Positions 11,164 through 21,876 of a stretch of 64,000 nucleotides of DNA are shown here, one piece after another; position 1 is the first letter of the stretch, and each line of letters starts with the position of its first letter. The translations under genes and the position numbers were made by a program. Source of the DNA: Thauera sp. Its GTDB lineage: Bacteria > Pseudomonadota > Gammaproteobacteria > Burkholderiales > Rhodocyclaceae. The DNA lies in contig DMCZ01000076.1 of the NCBI GenBank assembly GCA_003446655.1, positions 12,089 through 76,088 of the forward strand, written 5' to 3'. The notes beneath the pieces were generated by a model. It saw nothing but the letters and a program-made list of their open reading frames with translations. It did not search any database and was not told the DNA's origin.

Positions 11164-12444
11164 TCATTGGGCCCCGCTGCGCGAGACGGGCCGGAACAGG
11201 CGTGCGGTGCGGACCATGCGGTCCTGCGTCTGCACCACCTCGATCGGTGTGTCGGCGATCTTCATCGAGACGCCGGTCTCGGGAATTTCCTGCAGGTGCT
11301 CGAGGATGAGGCCGTTGAGCGTCTTCGGTCCGTTCGTCGGCAGTTCGAGCTCGAGCTTGCGATTGAGCTCGCGCAGGTTGGCCGAGCCATCGACCAGCAC
11401 GTTGCCCTCGTCGTTCCATGCGATACGCTCGCCGGCATCGGGCGTGCTGGTGGTGAACTTGCCGATGAGCTCCTCGATGATGTCCTCGAGGGTGATGAGA
11501 CCGAGCAGTTCGCCGTACTCGTCGACCACGAAGGCCATCCGCTGCTGGTTCTCCTGGAAGAACTGCAGTTGCGAGTACAGCGCCGTATCTGCCGGCACGA
11601 AATAAGGTCGCGCGAGCAAGTCCCGGAGGCGCGCGATGCCGAAAGGCTGCTCGAGGGTGTCGCTGAGCAGGCGACGCTGGTGAAGCACGCCGATCACGTG
11701 CTCGCGGTCACCGTCGAAGACGGCGAGGCGGGTGTGGAAGCTGGTCGCGATCTGATGCCGGATCTCATCTTCGGGGTCCGAGAGGTCGATGGCCTCGATG
11801 GCACCGCGCGGGGTCATAACGTCCTCGACCGTGATGCTTTCGAGGTCGAAGAGGTTCATCAGAATGCTGCGGTGCTTGTGCGGGATGTACTGGCCCGATT
11901 CGATCACCATCGCCCGCAGCTCTTCGACCGACAGCGCGCTACTCGTGTCCTCCCCGGACTTCAGGCCGAGCAGCCCGAGCAGGCCGCGCGAGAACAGGTT
12001 CACGAACCAGACCGCAAAGTAGAAGGTGCGCAGCAGTGCCGAGAGCGGGTAGGCGACGATCGGCGCGAGGCGGTCGGCATGATTGGCGCCGATCACCTTG
12101 GGCGTGATCTCGGAGAAAACCAGGATGGCAAAGGTGACGAGCAGCGTCGCGACGCCGAGGGCCCAGCGCTCGTCACCGAAGAGTTCGAGCGTGATCACGC
12201 TGACCAGCGTGGCGGCAGCGGTATTGACGAGGTTGTTGAACAGCAGGATGACGCCCAGCAAGCGGTCGGTCCTGGCCAGCAGGTCCAGCGCGAGGTTGGC
12301 GCCGTGGTTCCCCTGGGCGGCCAGCGAGCGTAAGCGGTAGCGGTTCGCGGCCATCATCACGGTCTCGGACATCGAGAAGCAGCCCGATAGCACCAGGAGC
12401 ACGACGAGCGCGGTGATTTGAAGCGTCAGGTGGATGTCTGACAC
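11164..12444 (-). CDS. HlyC/CorC (CNNM, DUF21-CBS) transporter, YfjD-like
   Basis: FSMSET, FSEITPK, CBS pair VVDEYGE..GLITLEDIIEE, C-terminal CorC domain. Confidence 0.92.
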   Translation of the reverse strand: MSDIHLTLQITALVVLLVLSGCFSMSETVMMAANRYRLRSLAAQGNHGANLALDLLARTDRLLGVILLFNNLVNTAAATLVSVITLELFGDERWALGVATLLVTFAILVFSEITPKVIGANHADRLAPIVAYPLSALLRTFYFAVWFVNLFSRGLLGLLGLKSGEDTSSALSVEELRAMVIESGQYIPHKHRSILMNLFDLESITVEDVMTPRGAIEAIDLSDPEDEIRHQIATSFHTRLAVFDGDREHVIGVLHQRRLLSDTLEQPFGIARLRDLLARPYFVPADTALYSQLQFFQENQQRMAFVVDEYGELLGLITLEDIIEELIGKFTTSTPDAGERIAWNDEGNVLVDGSANLRELNRKLELELPTNGPKTLNGLILEHLQEIPETGVSMKIADTPIEVVQTQDRMVRTARLFRPVSRSGAQ

Positions 12445-12522
12445 GGAAGGACCGGAGAGTTTGCGGGGGCCTGAGTATTCGAGCGGGTCAGAACGCTGTC
12501 AATGGTTTAGCCGCTGCGGTGT

Positions 12523-13356
12523 TCAGCCAGCACGGTGGAGTACCACCTCGATGACGAAGCGGCTGCCCACGTAGGCCAGCATCAGCGCAACGAATCCCGC
12601 GAGCGTCCAGCGCAGCGCAACTCGCCCGCGCCAGCCCCAAAGCCGGCGACCGACCAGCAGCCCGCCGAACAGCAGCCAGGAGATGAAGGCGAACACCGTC
12701 TTGTGATCGACCCTGAGCGCCTGGCCGAAAAGCGTCTCGGCGAACAGCACGCCCGTCACCAGGGTCAGCGTCAGCAGCACGAAGGCGATGCTGATCAGGC
12801 GGAACAGCAGCGCCTCCATGGTGAGAAGCGGCGGCAGGCCCGCGAGTAGCCGGCTGAAACGCGCGCTGTGCAACTGGCGGCTGGCGACGGACATCAGCAT
12901 AGCGTGCAGGGCGGCGAGCGTGAACAGGCTGTAGGCCAGCATGGCGATCACGAAATGGACGCGGAAGGCGGGCGAGGCTGCGTTGGCGAGCACATGGTCG
13001 CCAGGGAAAAACAGCGGGAAGAGGCTGGCGACTGCGCCTGCGGACATGATGACCGCATGCAGGCCCTCGAGCCGGGTGTATAGCGTCTCGACCCAGTAGA
13101 AGCACACCGCCAGCCACACCATCAGTGACAGCGCGACGCCGAAGCCGAAGCGCATGTCCATGCCCGGGAATATGGCGGCGTGCAGGGCTGCGCCATGGGT
13201 CAGGACGGCGGCGAGCAGCAGCAGACGCTCGCGCGTGCTCATGCACTCGCGCGCCCCGTCGCGCCCGGTGCCGCCCATGAGGCAGGTTCTCCAGAACAGC
13301 ACGCCGCCCGCCGCATAAAGCGAGGCAGGAACCAGATGAAGTAGAATTGTGCGCAT
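12523..13356 (-). CDS. Cytochrome c assembly family membrane protein (YpjD-like)
   Basis: LPPLLTME.LLF, DHKTVF and GWRGR motifs. Divergent from ffh, as in other proteobacteria. Confidence 0.9.
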   Translation of the reverse strand: MRTILLHLVPASLYAAGGVLFWRTCLMGGTGRDGARECMSTRERLLLLAAVLTHGAALHAAIFPGMDMRFGFGVALSLMVWLAVCFYWVETLYTRLEGLHAVIMSAGAVASLFPLFFPGDHVLANAASPAFRVHFVIAMLAYSLFTLAALHAMLMSVASRQLHSARFSRLLAGLPPLLTMEALLFRLISIAFVLLTLTLVTGVLFAETLFGQALRVDHKTVFAFISWLLFGGLLVGRRLWGWRGRVALRWTLAGFVALMLAYVGSRFVIEVVLHRAG

Positions 13357-13404
13357 ACGTAGCTGCAGTTTACTCCAAGTCACGCGCCCAAGGCCCGACC
13401 GAAC

Positions 13405-14775
13405 ATGCTCGATAATCTGACTCAACGCCTGTCAAAAGTCGTCAAGACCCTGCGCGGCCAGGCCCGCCTGACTGAAGAGAACATCCAGGAGGCGATGCGC
13501 GAGGTGCGCATGGCGCTGCTCGAAGCCGACGTCGCGCTCCCGGTGGTCAAGGACTTCGTCGCCCGTGTCAAGGAGAAGGCGGTCGGTCAGGAGGTCATTG
13601 CTTCGCTGACCCCGGGGCAGGCCCTGGTCGGGGTCGTGCATGACGAACTCAAGGCGCTGATGGGCGGCGCCCACGAGGGCCTCGATCTGTCGACCCAGCC
13701 GCCCGCGGTGGTGCTGATGGCCGGCCTGCAGGGCGCGGGCAAGACCACCACCACCGGCAAGCTCGCGAAGCTGCTGCACGAGCAGCAGAAGAAGAAGGTG
13801 CTGGTGGTTTCCACCGACGTCTATCGTCCGGCGGCGATCGAGCAGTTGAAGACGGTGGCGGCCCAGGCGGGGGTCGGCTTCTTCCCCTCGGAGACCGTGC
13901 AGAGGCCGGTCGACATCGCGCTCGCTGCGCTCGACTACGCACGTAAGCACCACATCGACGTGCTGCTGGTCGACACCGCCGGTCGGCTCGCGGTGGACGA
14001 GGCGATGATGGCCGAGATCCAGGCCCTGCACGCAGCGGTCAAGCCGATCGAGACCCTGTTCGTGGTCGATGCGATGCTCGGCCAGGACGCGGTGAACACC
14101 GCGCGCGCCTTCAACGAGGCGCTGCCGCTCACCGGCGTGGTGCTGACCAAGCTCGACGGTGACTCGCGCGGCGGCGCGGCGCTGTCGGTGCGCCACGTGA
14201 CGGGCAAGCCACTCAAGTTCGCCGGCGTCGGCGAGAAGCTCTCCGGCCTCGAGCCCTTCCACCCCGATCGCATGGCCAGCCGCATCCTCGGCATGGGCGA
14301 CATCCTTGGCCTGGTCGAGGATGCACGCCGCGGGGTCGATGAGGAGAAGGCCAAGGCCTTTGCGCAGAAGTTGAAGACCGGCAAGGGCTTCGATCTCAAC
14401 GACTTCAAGGAGCAGATCGCGCAGATGCGCAAGATGGGCGGGCTGTCCTCGATGATGGACAAGCTGCCGGCGCAGTTCGCACAGGCCGCAGGCAAGCTGC
14501 AGGGCGGGGCGGAGGAGAAGGCGATCGGCCGTATCGAGGGCATCATCAACTCGATGACCCCGCTCGAGCGCGCCAAGCCCGAACTCCTCAAGGCCAGCCG
14601 CAAGCGCCGCATCGCCGCCGGCGCCGGGGTGACGGTGCAGGAGGTGAATCGTCTGCTCAGCCAGTTCGAGCAGACGCAGAAGGTGATGAAGCAGTTCTCC
14701 AAGGGCGGCATGAACAAGATGATGCGCGCCATGAAGGGCATGATGCCGGGCGGCCTCCCGGGCCTGCCGCGCTGA
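13405..14775 (+). CDS. ffh: Signal recognition particle protein
   Basis: GLQGAGKTT, DTAGR and TKLDGD motifs, Met-rich M domain. Confidence 0.98.
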   Translation: MLDNLTQRLSKVVKTLRGQARLTEENIQEAMREVRMALLEADVALPVVKDFVARVKEKAVGQEVIASLTPGQALVGVVHDELKALMGGAHEGLDLSTQPPAVVLMAGLQGAGKTTTTGKLAKLLHEQQKKKVLVVSTDVYRPAAIEQLKTVAAQAGVGFFPSETVQRPVDIALAALDYARKHHIDVLLVDTAGRLAVDEAMMAEIQALHAAVKPIETLFVVDAMLGQDAVNTARAFNEALPLTGVVLTKLDGDSRGGAALSVRHVTGKPLKFAGVGEKLSGLEPFHPDRMASRILGMGDILGLVEDARRGVDEEKAKAFAQKLKTGKGFDLNDFKEQIAQMRKMGGLSSMMDKLPAQFAQAAGKLQGGAEEKAIGRIEGIINSMTPLERAKPELLKASRKRRIAAGAGVTVQEVNRLLSQFEQTQKVMKQFSKGGMNKMMRAMKGMMPGGLPGLPR

Positions 14776-14805
14776 TCGGGCATTCGTTATCGAGGGCATC
14801 CCGCG

Positions 14806-15582
14806 ATGAAAGACATTCTCGTCGCCTTCGGGCGGGCGAGCCGCAGCCTGATGCGGCGCGACATCTTCTGGCATCTGCTGTGGCCGGGCTTGCTCGCCGT
14901 GGTGATCTGGGCGGTGGTCGCGCTCATGTTGTGGGCCCCCGTCACCGAGGGTCTCTACGCCTGGGTGAGCGGGTGGACCCTCATCAGCGGCTGGTTGGCC
15001 GCGTCCGAAACGACGGCGGCGATCGTACTGGTGTTGATCCAGATCGCGACCGCGCTGCTGATCGTGCCGCTCGTCTATGTGACCGCTGCGATGCTGGTCG
15101 CGACCGTCGCGCTGCCGCTGATGCTCGAGAAGGTGGCGCGCGTGGACTATGCCGACATCGAACAGCGCCGTGGGGGCTCGAATCTCGGCAGCGCCTGGAA
15201 CTCGATCCTTGCGGGTGTGCTGTTCCTGATCGCGCTCATCGTGTCTCTCCCGTTCTGGCTGATTCCCGGGGCTGGCCTCCTGATCTCGGTTGCGCTCACC
15301 GGCTGGCTCAACCAGCGCGCCTTCGGCTACGACGCCCTGATGTTCCATGCCGACAAGGCTGAGCTTCAGCGCCTGCGCGACGACTGGCGACCGCAGATGC
15401 TGTTGCTGGGTGGCGGCACCGCGCTGCTGGCCTATGTGCCGGTCATCAACCTGGTCGCCCCCGCCTACGCGGGTCTGGCGTTCGTCCATTACATGCTCGA
15501 AACCCTGCGGCGCCACCGGCTGAAATACGGCGTCACCGTGCTCGACGCCGATGCGGGCGCTGCCCAGCGGAAACTGCCATGA
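14806..15582 (+). CDS. EI24/CysZ-like membrane protein
   Basis: Multi-TM protein with GWLNQR.F.YDAL..HA motif. Confidence 0.75.
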   Translation: MKDILVAFGRASRSLMRRDIFWHLLWPGLLAVVIWAVVALMLWAPVTEGLYAWVSGWTLISGWLAASETTAAIVLVLIQIATALLIVPLVYVTAAMLVATVALPLMLEKVARVDYADIEQRRGGSNLGSAWNSILAGVLFLIALIVSLPFWLIPGAGLLISVALTGWLNQRAFGYDALMFHADKAELQRLRDDWRPQMLLLGGGTALLAYVPVINLVAPAYAGLAFVHYMLETLRRHRLKYGVTVLDADAGAAQRKLP

Positions 15583-16328
15583 ACTTCGGTGCCCTGATCA
15601 TCGGCGACGAGATCCTGTCCGGTCGTCGCAGTGACAAACACCTCGCCAAGCTCATCGAACTGCTCGGCGCGCGCGGGCTCAAGCTGTCCTGGGCGCGCTA
15701 CGCGGGTGACGACTTCGCCCGCCTGACCGAGACCCTGCGCCAGACCTTCGCGACCGGCGACGTGGTGTTCAGCTTCGGCGGCATCGGCGCGACGCCTGAC
15801 GACCGTACCCGCGAGGCCGCAGGCGCCGCACTCGGGCTGGAACTGGCCCTGCACCCCGAGGCCGAGGCAGAAATCCGCGCCCGCTTCGGTGATGAGATCA
15901 CCCCGGAGCGTCTGCAGATGGGTGTGTATCCGGTGGGCAGCGAGATCATCCCCAACAGCTTCAACCGCATCCCCGGCTTTTCGATTCGCCGGCACTACTT
16001 CACACCGGGTTTCCCGATCATGGCCTGGCCGATGGTCGAATGGGTGCTGGACACCCACTACGCCCACCTGCACCACGCCGAGGACTATGTGGAGCAGGCG
16101 GTGACGGTGTGGGATGCCTTCGAGGGCCAGTTGATCGGGCTGATGCGTCAGGTCACCGCGGACTTTCCCGGCACCACGCTGTTCAGCCTGCCCACCATCG
16201 CGGCCGAGGGCCAGCGCCGGTCTCTGGAGCTTGGCATGAAGGGGCCGGCTGCACGCGTTGCCGAGGCCATGGCCTGCATCAAGGCCGACCTTGATGCGCG
16301 TGGCCTTGCGTGGGAAGACAAGGTTTGA
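15579..16328 (+). CDS. CinA N-terminal (molybdopterin-binding-like) domain protein
   Basis: IIGDEILSGRRSD and GGIGATPDD.T motifs. Confidence 0.9.
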   Translation: MNFGALIIGDEILSGRRSDKHLAKLIELLGARGLKLSWARYAGDDFARLTETLRQTFATGDVVFSFGGIGATPDDRTREAAGAALGLELALHPEAEAEIRARFGDEITPERLQMGVYPVGSEIIPNSFNRIPGFSIRRHYFTPGFPIMAWPMVEWVLDTHYAHLHHAEDYVEQAVTVWDAFEGQLIGLMRQVTADFPGTTLFSLPTIAAEGQRRSLELGMKGPAARVAEAMACIKADLDARGLAWEDKV

Positions 16329-17101
16329 GCGCTCGCGGCCGCGCAGCGGCGCAGGAGCAGTCGCACAGCTTGGTCGTCGAGGGGGTCCGCGTCGATCTGG
16401 TGCTGCGCCGCTCGGCACGTCGGTCTTTCGCGCTGCAGGTCGATCACCGCGGCGCCCGGGTCGCCGCTCCGCTGCAAGCCCCGCTGGTCGAGATCGAACG
16501 TTTCGTACATGGTCACGGACGCTGGTTGCTCGATCGCCTGCAGGCCCGTGCGGCAGCGCGCCCGCCGCCGGCGTTGGCTGTCGCGGACGGTGCGACCGTG
16601 CCGCTGTTCGGACTCCCGTTGACGCTTCGCCTGCATGAAGGGCGTGTCGCCCGGTGGCGCATGCTGACCCACGAGCGCGAGGAACTCCTGCTGCCGGGTG
16701 CCGTCGATCCGTTGCGTGCACTCTTGCACGCCCTCCAGGCGCGCGCGCTCGCCTGGTACCGCGGGCGGGTCGAGGAGTATTGCCATCGGCTGGGTATGCC
16801 GATGCCCGCCGTCCGACTCTCGAGTGCGCGCACGCGCTGGGGGAGTTGCAGCAGCCGCTCGGGCATCCGCCTTCACTGGCGGCTCATCCACCTGCCGCCG
16901 GCGCTGATCGATTACGTGGTTGCGCACGAGGTTGCCCATCTGGTCGAGATGAACCATTCGGCGCGCTTCTGGGCGGTCGTCGAGCGTCTGTATCCCGATT
17001 GGCGCGCTGCGCGCTCAGCCCTGCGCCGGGCGTCGGCATCGCTGCCGGTGATCGCCGTGGCTTCCGCGGCCGATACGGGCGCGTTCGAGCGCGAAGACTG
17101 A
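16325..17101 (+). CDS. M48/YgjP family zinc metallohydrolase
   Basis: RWGSCS and [19 protein letters not shown] motifs. TTG start overlaps the upstream stop. Confidence 0.88.
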   Translation: MSARGRAAAQEQSHSLVVEGVRVDLVLRRSARRSFALQVDHRGARVAAPLQAPLVEIERFVHGHGRWLLDRLQARAAARPPPALAVADGATVPLFGLPLTLRLHEGRVARWRMLTHEREELLLPGAVDPLRALLHALQARALAWYRGRVEEYCHRLGMPMPAVRLSSARTRWGSCSSRSGIRLHWRLIHLPPALIDYVVAHEVAHLVEMNHSARFWAVVERLYPDWRAARSALRRASASLPVIAVASAADTGAFERED

Positions 17102-17129
17102 ACCCTCCAACGAACAGGAGCTTTTCTCC

Positions 17130-17516
17130 ATGCGAATCCTTCACACCATGCTGCGCGTCGGCGACCTCGATCGATCCATTGCCTTCTATACCGAGGTCCT
17201 GGGTATGCGCCTGCTGCGCCGTCACGACTTCCCTGATGGCAAGTTCACGCTGGCCTTCGTTGGCTACCAGGACGAGCAGGACGGCGCAGTGCTGGAGCTG
17301 ACCTACAACTGGGGCGTAGACGCGTACGAGCTTGGCACTGCCTACGGCCACGTCGCGCTCGAGGTCGAGGATGCGGCGAAGGCCTGCGACGAGATCCGCA
17401 AGCGCGGCGGCAAGGTCGTGCGTGAGGCGGGCCCGATGAAGCACGGGACCACGGTGATTGCCTTCGTCGAGGATCCGGATGGCTACAAGGTCGAGCTGAT
17501 CGAACGCAAACGCTGA
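17130..17516 (+). CDS. gloA: Lactoylglutathione lyase
   Basis: [19 protein letters not shown] and DPDGYKVEL motifs. Confidence 0.97.
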   Translation: MRILHTMLRVGDLDRSIAFYTEVLGMRLLRRHDFPDGKFTLAFVGYQDEQDGAVLELTYNWGVDAYELGTAYGHVALEVEDAAKACDEIRKRGGKVVREAGPMKHGTTVIAFVEDPDGYKVELIERKR

Positions 17517-17541
17517 CCGTCGCGCGTCGCCCCGCCGGGTT

Positions 17542-18627
17542 CTAAGCCTGTGCAGCGAAGGCAGGTTCGCCCTCGTCGCGGAACTGGCTCCGGATTGCCT
17601 GCACGTCGTCCCATGCGTGTAGCAGCGCGTCGACGCAGTCGCCGTCAAAGTGGCTGCCACGTCCCTCGCGCAGCAGCGCGATCGCGCGGGACAGCGGCCA
17701 GGCGGGCTTGTAGGGGCGCGCCGAAGTCAGAGCGTCGAAGACGTCAGCGACCGCGACGATGCGCCCCTCGATCGGGATGCGACTGCCGGCAAGACCGTGG
17801 GGATAGCCGCTGCCGTCGAATTTTTCGTGGTGGGTGAGCGCGATCGAGGCGCCCAGGCGCAGGATGCTGGAGGACGACTCCTTGAGGATGTCGTAGCCGA
17901 TCTGCGGGTGCTGCTTCATCACCGCGAACTCCTCCGCCGTGAGCCGTCCGGGCTTGAGCAGGATGGTGTCGGGGATGCCCAGCTTGCCGACGTCGTGCAT
18001 CGGAGCCGCCATCATCAACGCATCGACGAAGTCGCGCGCGTGGCCGAGTTTGCGGGCGATGAGGGCCGAGTAGTGCGACATGCGCTGGATGTGCGCGCCG
18101 GTCTCTGGGTCGCGGAATTCTGCCGCGCGCGACAGGCGCGCGATCGTCTCGCGTTCGCGGTCAACGATCGCAGCGGTGGCCTTGCGCACCTCCTCGGCCA
18201 GCACCTCGGCCCGGTGCTGGCTGGCAAGGTGCGCCTCGCGCAGCTTGAGCATGTTGCGCACCCGTGCCTCGAACTCCCGTCCGTCGATCGGCTTGGTCAG
18301 GAAGTCGCTTGCACCGCAATCGAGTGCCTCGTAGCGAACGTTGCGCTCGTGGCTCGCGGTCACCATCAGGATCGGGAGGTCGTCGCGGCTACGGCTGGCG
18401 CGCAGGGCGCGGATGAACGCAAGGCCGTCCATGCCCGGCATCATGTAGTCGACGATGACGAGGTCGGGGTCGTTGTGCAGGCACCACGCGAGCGCGGCCG
18501 CAGGCTGGTTGAAGGCCTTGGCGGTGGCGTGTCCGAGTCTTTCGACGAGCTTGCTCATCAGGATGAGATTGAGCTCGGTGTCGTCGACGACTGCGACCTC
18601 CATCGGACGGTCGGGAGAGCGATTCAT
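17542..18627 (-). CDS. REC-HD-GYP response regulator (c-di-GMP phosphodiesterase, RpfG-like)
   Basis: VVDD...DYMMP receiver, followed by HDVGK, HHEKFDGSGYP and VADVFDAL. Confidence 0.93.
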   Translation of the reverse strand: MNRSPDRPMEVAVVDDTELNLILMSKLVERLGHATAKAFNQPAAALAWCLHNDPDLVIVDYMMPGMDGLAFIRALRASRSRDDLPILMVTASHERNVRYEALDCGASDFLTKPIDGREFEARVRNMLKLREAHLASQHRAEVLAEEVRKATAAIVDRERETIARLSRAAEFRDPETGAHIQRMSHYSALIARKLGHARDFVDALMMAAPMHDVGKLGIPDTILLKPGRLTAEEFAVMKQHPQIGYDILKESSSSILRLGASIALTHHEKFDGSGYPHGLAGSRIPIEGRIVAVADVFDALTSARPYKPAWPLSRAIALLREGRGSHFDGDCVDALLHAWDDVQAIRSQFRDEGEPAFAAQA

Positions 18628-18755
18628 GCGCGCAGTATCTGACGCTCCGCCCCGGCAACCGAGGAATTATTGCGCGCCGAGCCGCGCAAAACTCTGTTCC
18701 ATGGTCGTCACGACCCTGGACTGCGTGTACCGCGGTGGCGCACCTCTGCGCTGCT

Positions 18756-20000
18756 TCAGGCCGGCAGCGCCACCTTGCCGTCGGTGCTGAACTGGTAGTC
18801 GTGGAATACGTGCTCGGCCGAAAGGATCCGGTAGTCGCCGTTGTCCTCGCGCACCGTGGTGTCCTTGAGGCGGTAGGTGTAGTGGCCGCAGGTCCAGCAG
18901 TCGAAGTTGCGCATGTGGGTGCACAGGCATGTCTTGTCGAAGACCTTGACCTTCTTCGCGTCCGGATGCGCCGCGACTTCACGGTTGTAGGCCTCGATGT
19001 ACTGGCAGTTGCCCGACGAGTCGAGCAGGTAGCCGTAGGCCTCGCAGTTCGGGCGGATGCCGCTGCCGATCGCCGGGCTGCTCTTCAGCATGCGCATCGG
19101 GTAGCCCGTGGGCGAGATCTGATTGACCTCGATCTCGTCCTCGCTCGCCTTGAAGTAATACTGCTTGACGTCATCGGGCAGGCCGCATTCCTTCGTCACC
19201 GTGAAGCGCGTCGCGACTTGCACCGCAGCGGCGCCTGCCTCGAGGAAGTTCGCCGCATCCGTGCCGGTGAAGATGCCCCCGGCCGGAATCAGCGGGATGT
19301 CGAGCTGCTGCTCGCGCATCCAGTCGCGGATCTCGGCGACGATGGTGGCGAGGTCGTACTGCGCCCAGTCCATGCCGAAGCCGAGGTGGCCGCCGGCGAG
19401 TGGACCTTCGACCACCACGTAGTCGGGCATGCGCCCGGTGCGTGCGCTCTTCTTGAGGAAGAGCTGGAGGGCGCGTAGCGAGCTGACGATGATGCCCAGC
19501 TGCACGTCACGGAAGCGGGGGTGGTCCTCGATCAAGGCGAACGAGCCCAGGTGCAGCCCGGCCGCGAGCGTGATGCCATCGATCCCGTGGTCCATCGCCG
19601 TGCGCAGGCGCACGCGCAGCGTGTCCTTGGGTGCGTTCATCGTCAGCTTTTCCATGCAGTTGATGAACACCATGCCTGGACCGCGCTTGCGCTCCATGGT
19701 GCGCCCGACGTGGGTCGCGGTCGCCTCGGCGATCAGGCCGAGGTCGAACTGAACGACCGACTTGTCGGCGTTGGCGACGTTGAACTTGTACTGCTGCAGT
19801 TTGTTCTTGACGTACTTGGTGTTGTAGCGGCGGTCGGACACCGTTGGCAGCATTGCGTCGGAGATGTGCCCGACACCGCCCAGGCGGGCAGCCTCGAGGG
19901 CCAGATCGGCGGTGGAAATATCCACCCCCATGCCGCCCACCATGATCGGCACGAGTTCCCGGGAACCCAGTTTCAGGCGGAAGTCATCTACACGCTTCAT
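18756..20000 (-). CDS. Nitronate monooxygenase/FabK-family flavoprotein with Cys-rich C-terminus
   Basis: GGMGVDIS, EGPLAGGHLG, AGGI and VQVATRF motifs. Start uncertain (20000-20039). Confidence 0.85.
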   Translation of the reverse strand: MKRVDDFRLKLGSRELVPIMVGGMGVDISTADLALEAARLGGVGHISDAMLPTVSDRRYNTKYVKNKLQQYKFNVANADKSVVQFDLGLIAEATATHVGRTMERKRGPGMVFINCMEKLTMNAPKDTLRVRLRTAMDHGIDGITLAAGLHLGSFALIEDHPRFRDVQLGIIVSSLRALQLFLKKSARTGRMPDYVVVEGPLAGGHLGFGMDWAQYDLATIVAEIRDWMREQQLDIPLIPAGGIFTGTDAANFLEAGAAAVQVATRFTVTKECGLPDDVKQYYFKASEDEIEVNQISPTGYPMRMLKSSPAIGSGIRPNCEAYGYLLDSSGNCQYIEAYNREVAAHPDAKKVKVFDKTCLCTHMRNFDCWTCGHYTYRLKDTTVREDNGDYRILSAEHVFHDYQFSTDGKVALPA

Positions 20001-20158
20001 TGCTTCGAGTCCGTTAAATCGGAAGTCCGACATTATCACCCGAGAGCCGGTTTCGGCCCAGCCCCGCAGCGCGTGGTAACGCGGCGGATGGCGAGGCTTC
20101 CGGTACCATGAACGTTCGACTGCGAATCAGCCGCCAGGTGCGGCAAAGGGGGAGGAGA

Positions 20159-21142
<984 letters not shown>

Positions 21143-21179
21143 TAACAGACCCCATCACCACAACGGAAGGAGACCGCCC

Positions 21180-21758
21180 GTGCCCGAACGCATCAGTCGC
21201 TTCACCATACCCGACCTCGCCGATCTGCCCGTGGACGTCCGGGATCGCATCCTCGCCGTCCAGGAGAAGGCGGGCTTCGTGCCCAACGTGTTCCTGATGC
21301 TGGCCCGCCGGCCGGCGGAATTTCGTGCCTTCTTCGACTACCACGACACGTTGATGGAAAAGGACGCCGGTCTCACCAAGGCCGAGCGCGAGATGATCGT
21401 CGTGGCCACCTCCGCGGCGGGTCAGTGCCTGTACTGCGTGATCGCCCATGGCGCAGTGCTGCGTATTCGCGCTAAGAACCCGCGTATCGCCGACCAGCTT
21501 GCTGCCAACTATCGCAAGGCCGAGATCACCCCGCGCCAACGCGCCATGCTCGACTTTGCGGTGAAGCTGTCGACCCGTGGCGGGGAGATCGAGGATGCCG
21601 ACATCGAGGCGCTGCGGGCGCATGGCTTCGATGATGAGGCGATCTGGGACATCGGCGCAATCACCGCGTTTTTCAGCATGAGCAACCGGCTGGTGCATCT
21701 GACCGGGACGCCGCCGAACGAGCCGTTCTACCTCATGGGGCGGGTACCCAAGGGCTGA
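21180..21758 (+). CDS. Peroxidase-related AhpD/CMD family protein
   Basis: GFVPNVF and EREMIVVATS...CLYCVIAHGA motifs. GTG start with GGAG RBS. Confidence 0.9.
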   Translation: MPERISRFTIPDLADLPVDVRDRILAVQEKAGFVPNVFLMLARRPAEFRAFFDYHDTLMEKDAGLTKAEREMIVVATSAAGQCLYCVIAHGAVLRIRAKNPRIADQLAANYRKAEITPRQRAMLDFAVKLSTRGGEIEDADIEALRAHGFDDEAIWDIGAITAFFSMSNRLVHLTGTPPNEPFYLMGRVPKG

Positions 21759-21840
21759 CGGGCCGGCCCGCCCCGGGGCCTGTCTTGGCCGGCGCGCGTA
21801 TTTGCTTACAAAGTGCCGGCCGTTTTGCCGTCTCTGAGCA

Positions 21841-21869
21841 TTGAATGCGGCGGCCGACCTGCGTAAGAT
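21841..21869 (+). promoter_or_regulatory. Sigma70 promoter of ssrA
   Basis: TTGAAT-N17-TAAGAT directly upstream of the tmRNA acceptor piece. Confidence 0.75.
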
Positions 21870-21876
21870 CGCGGGC

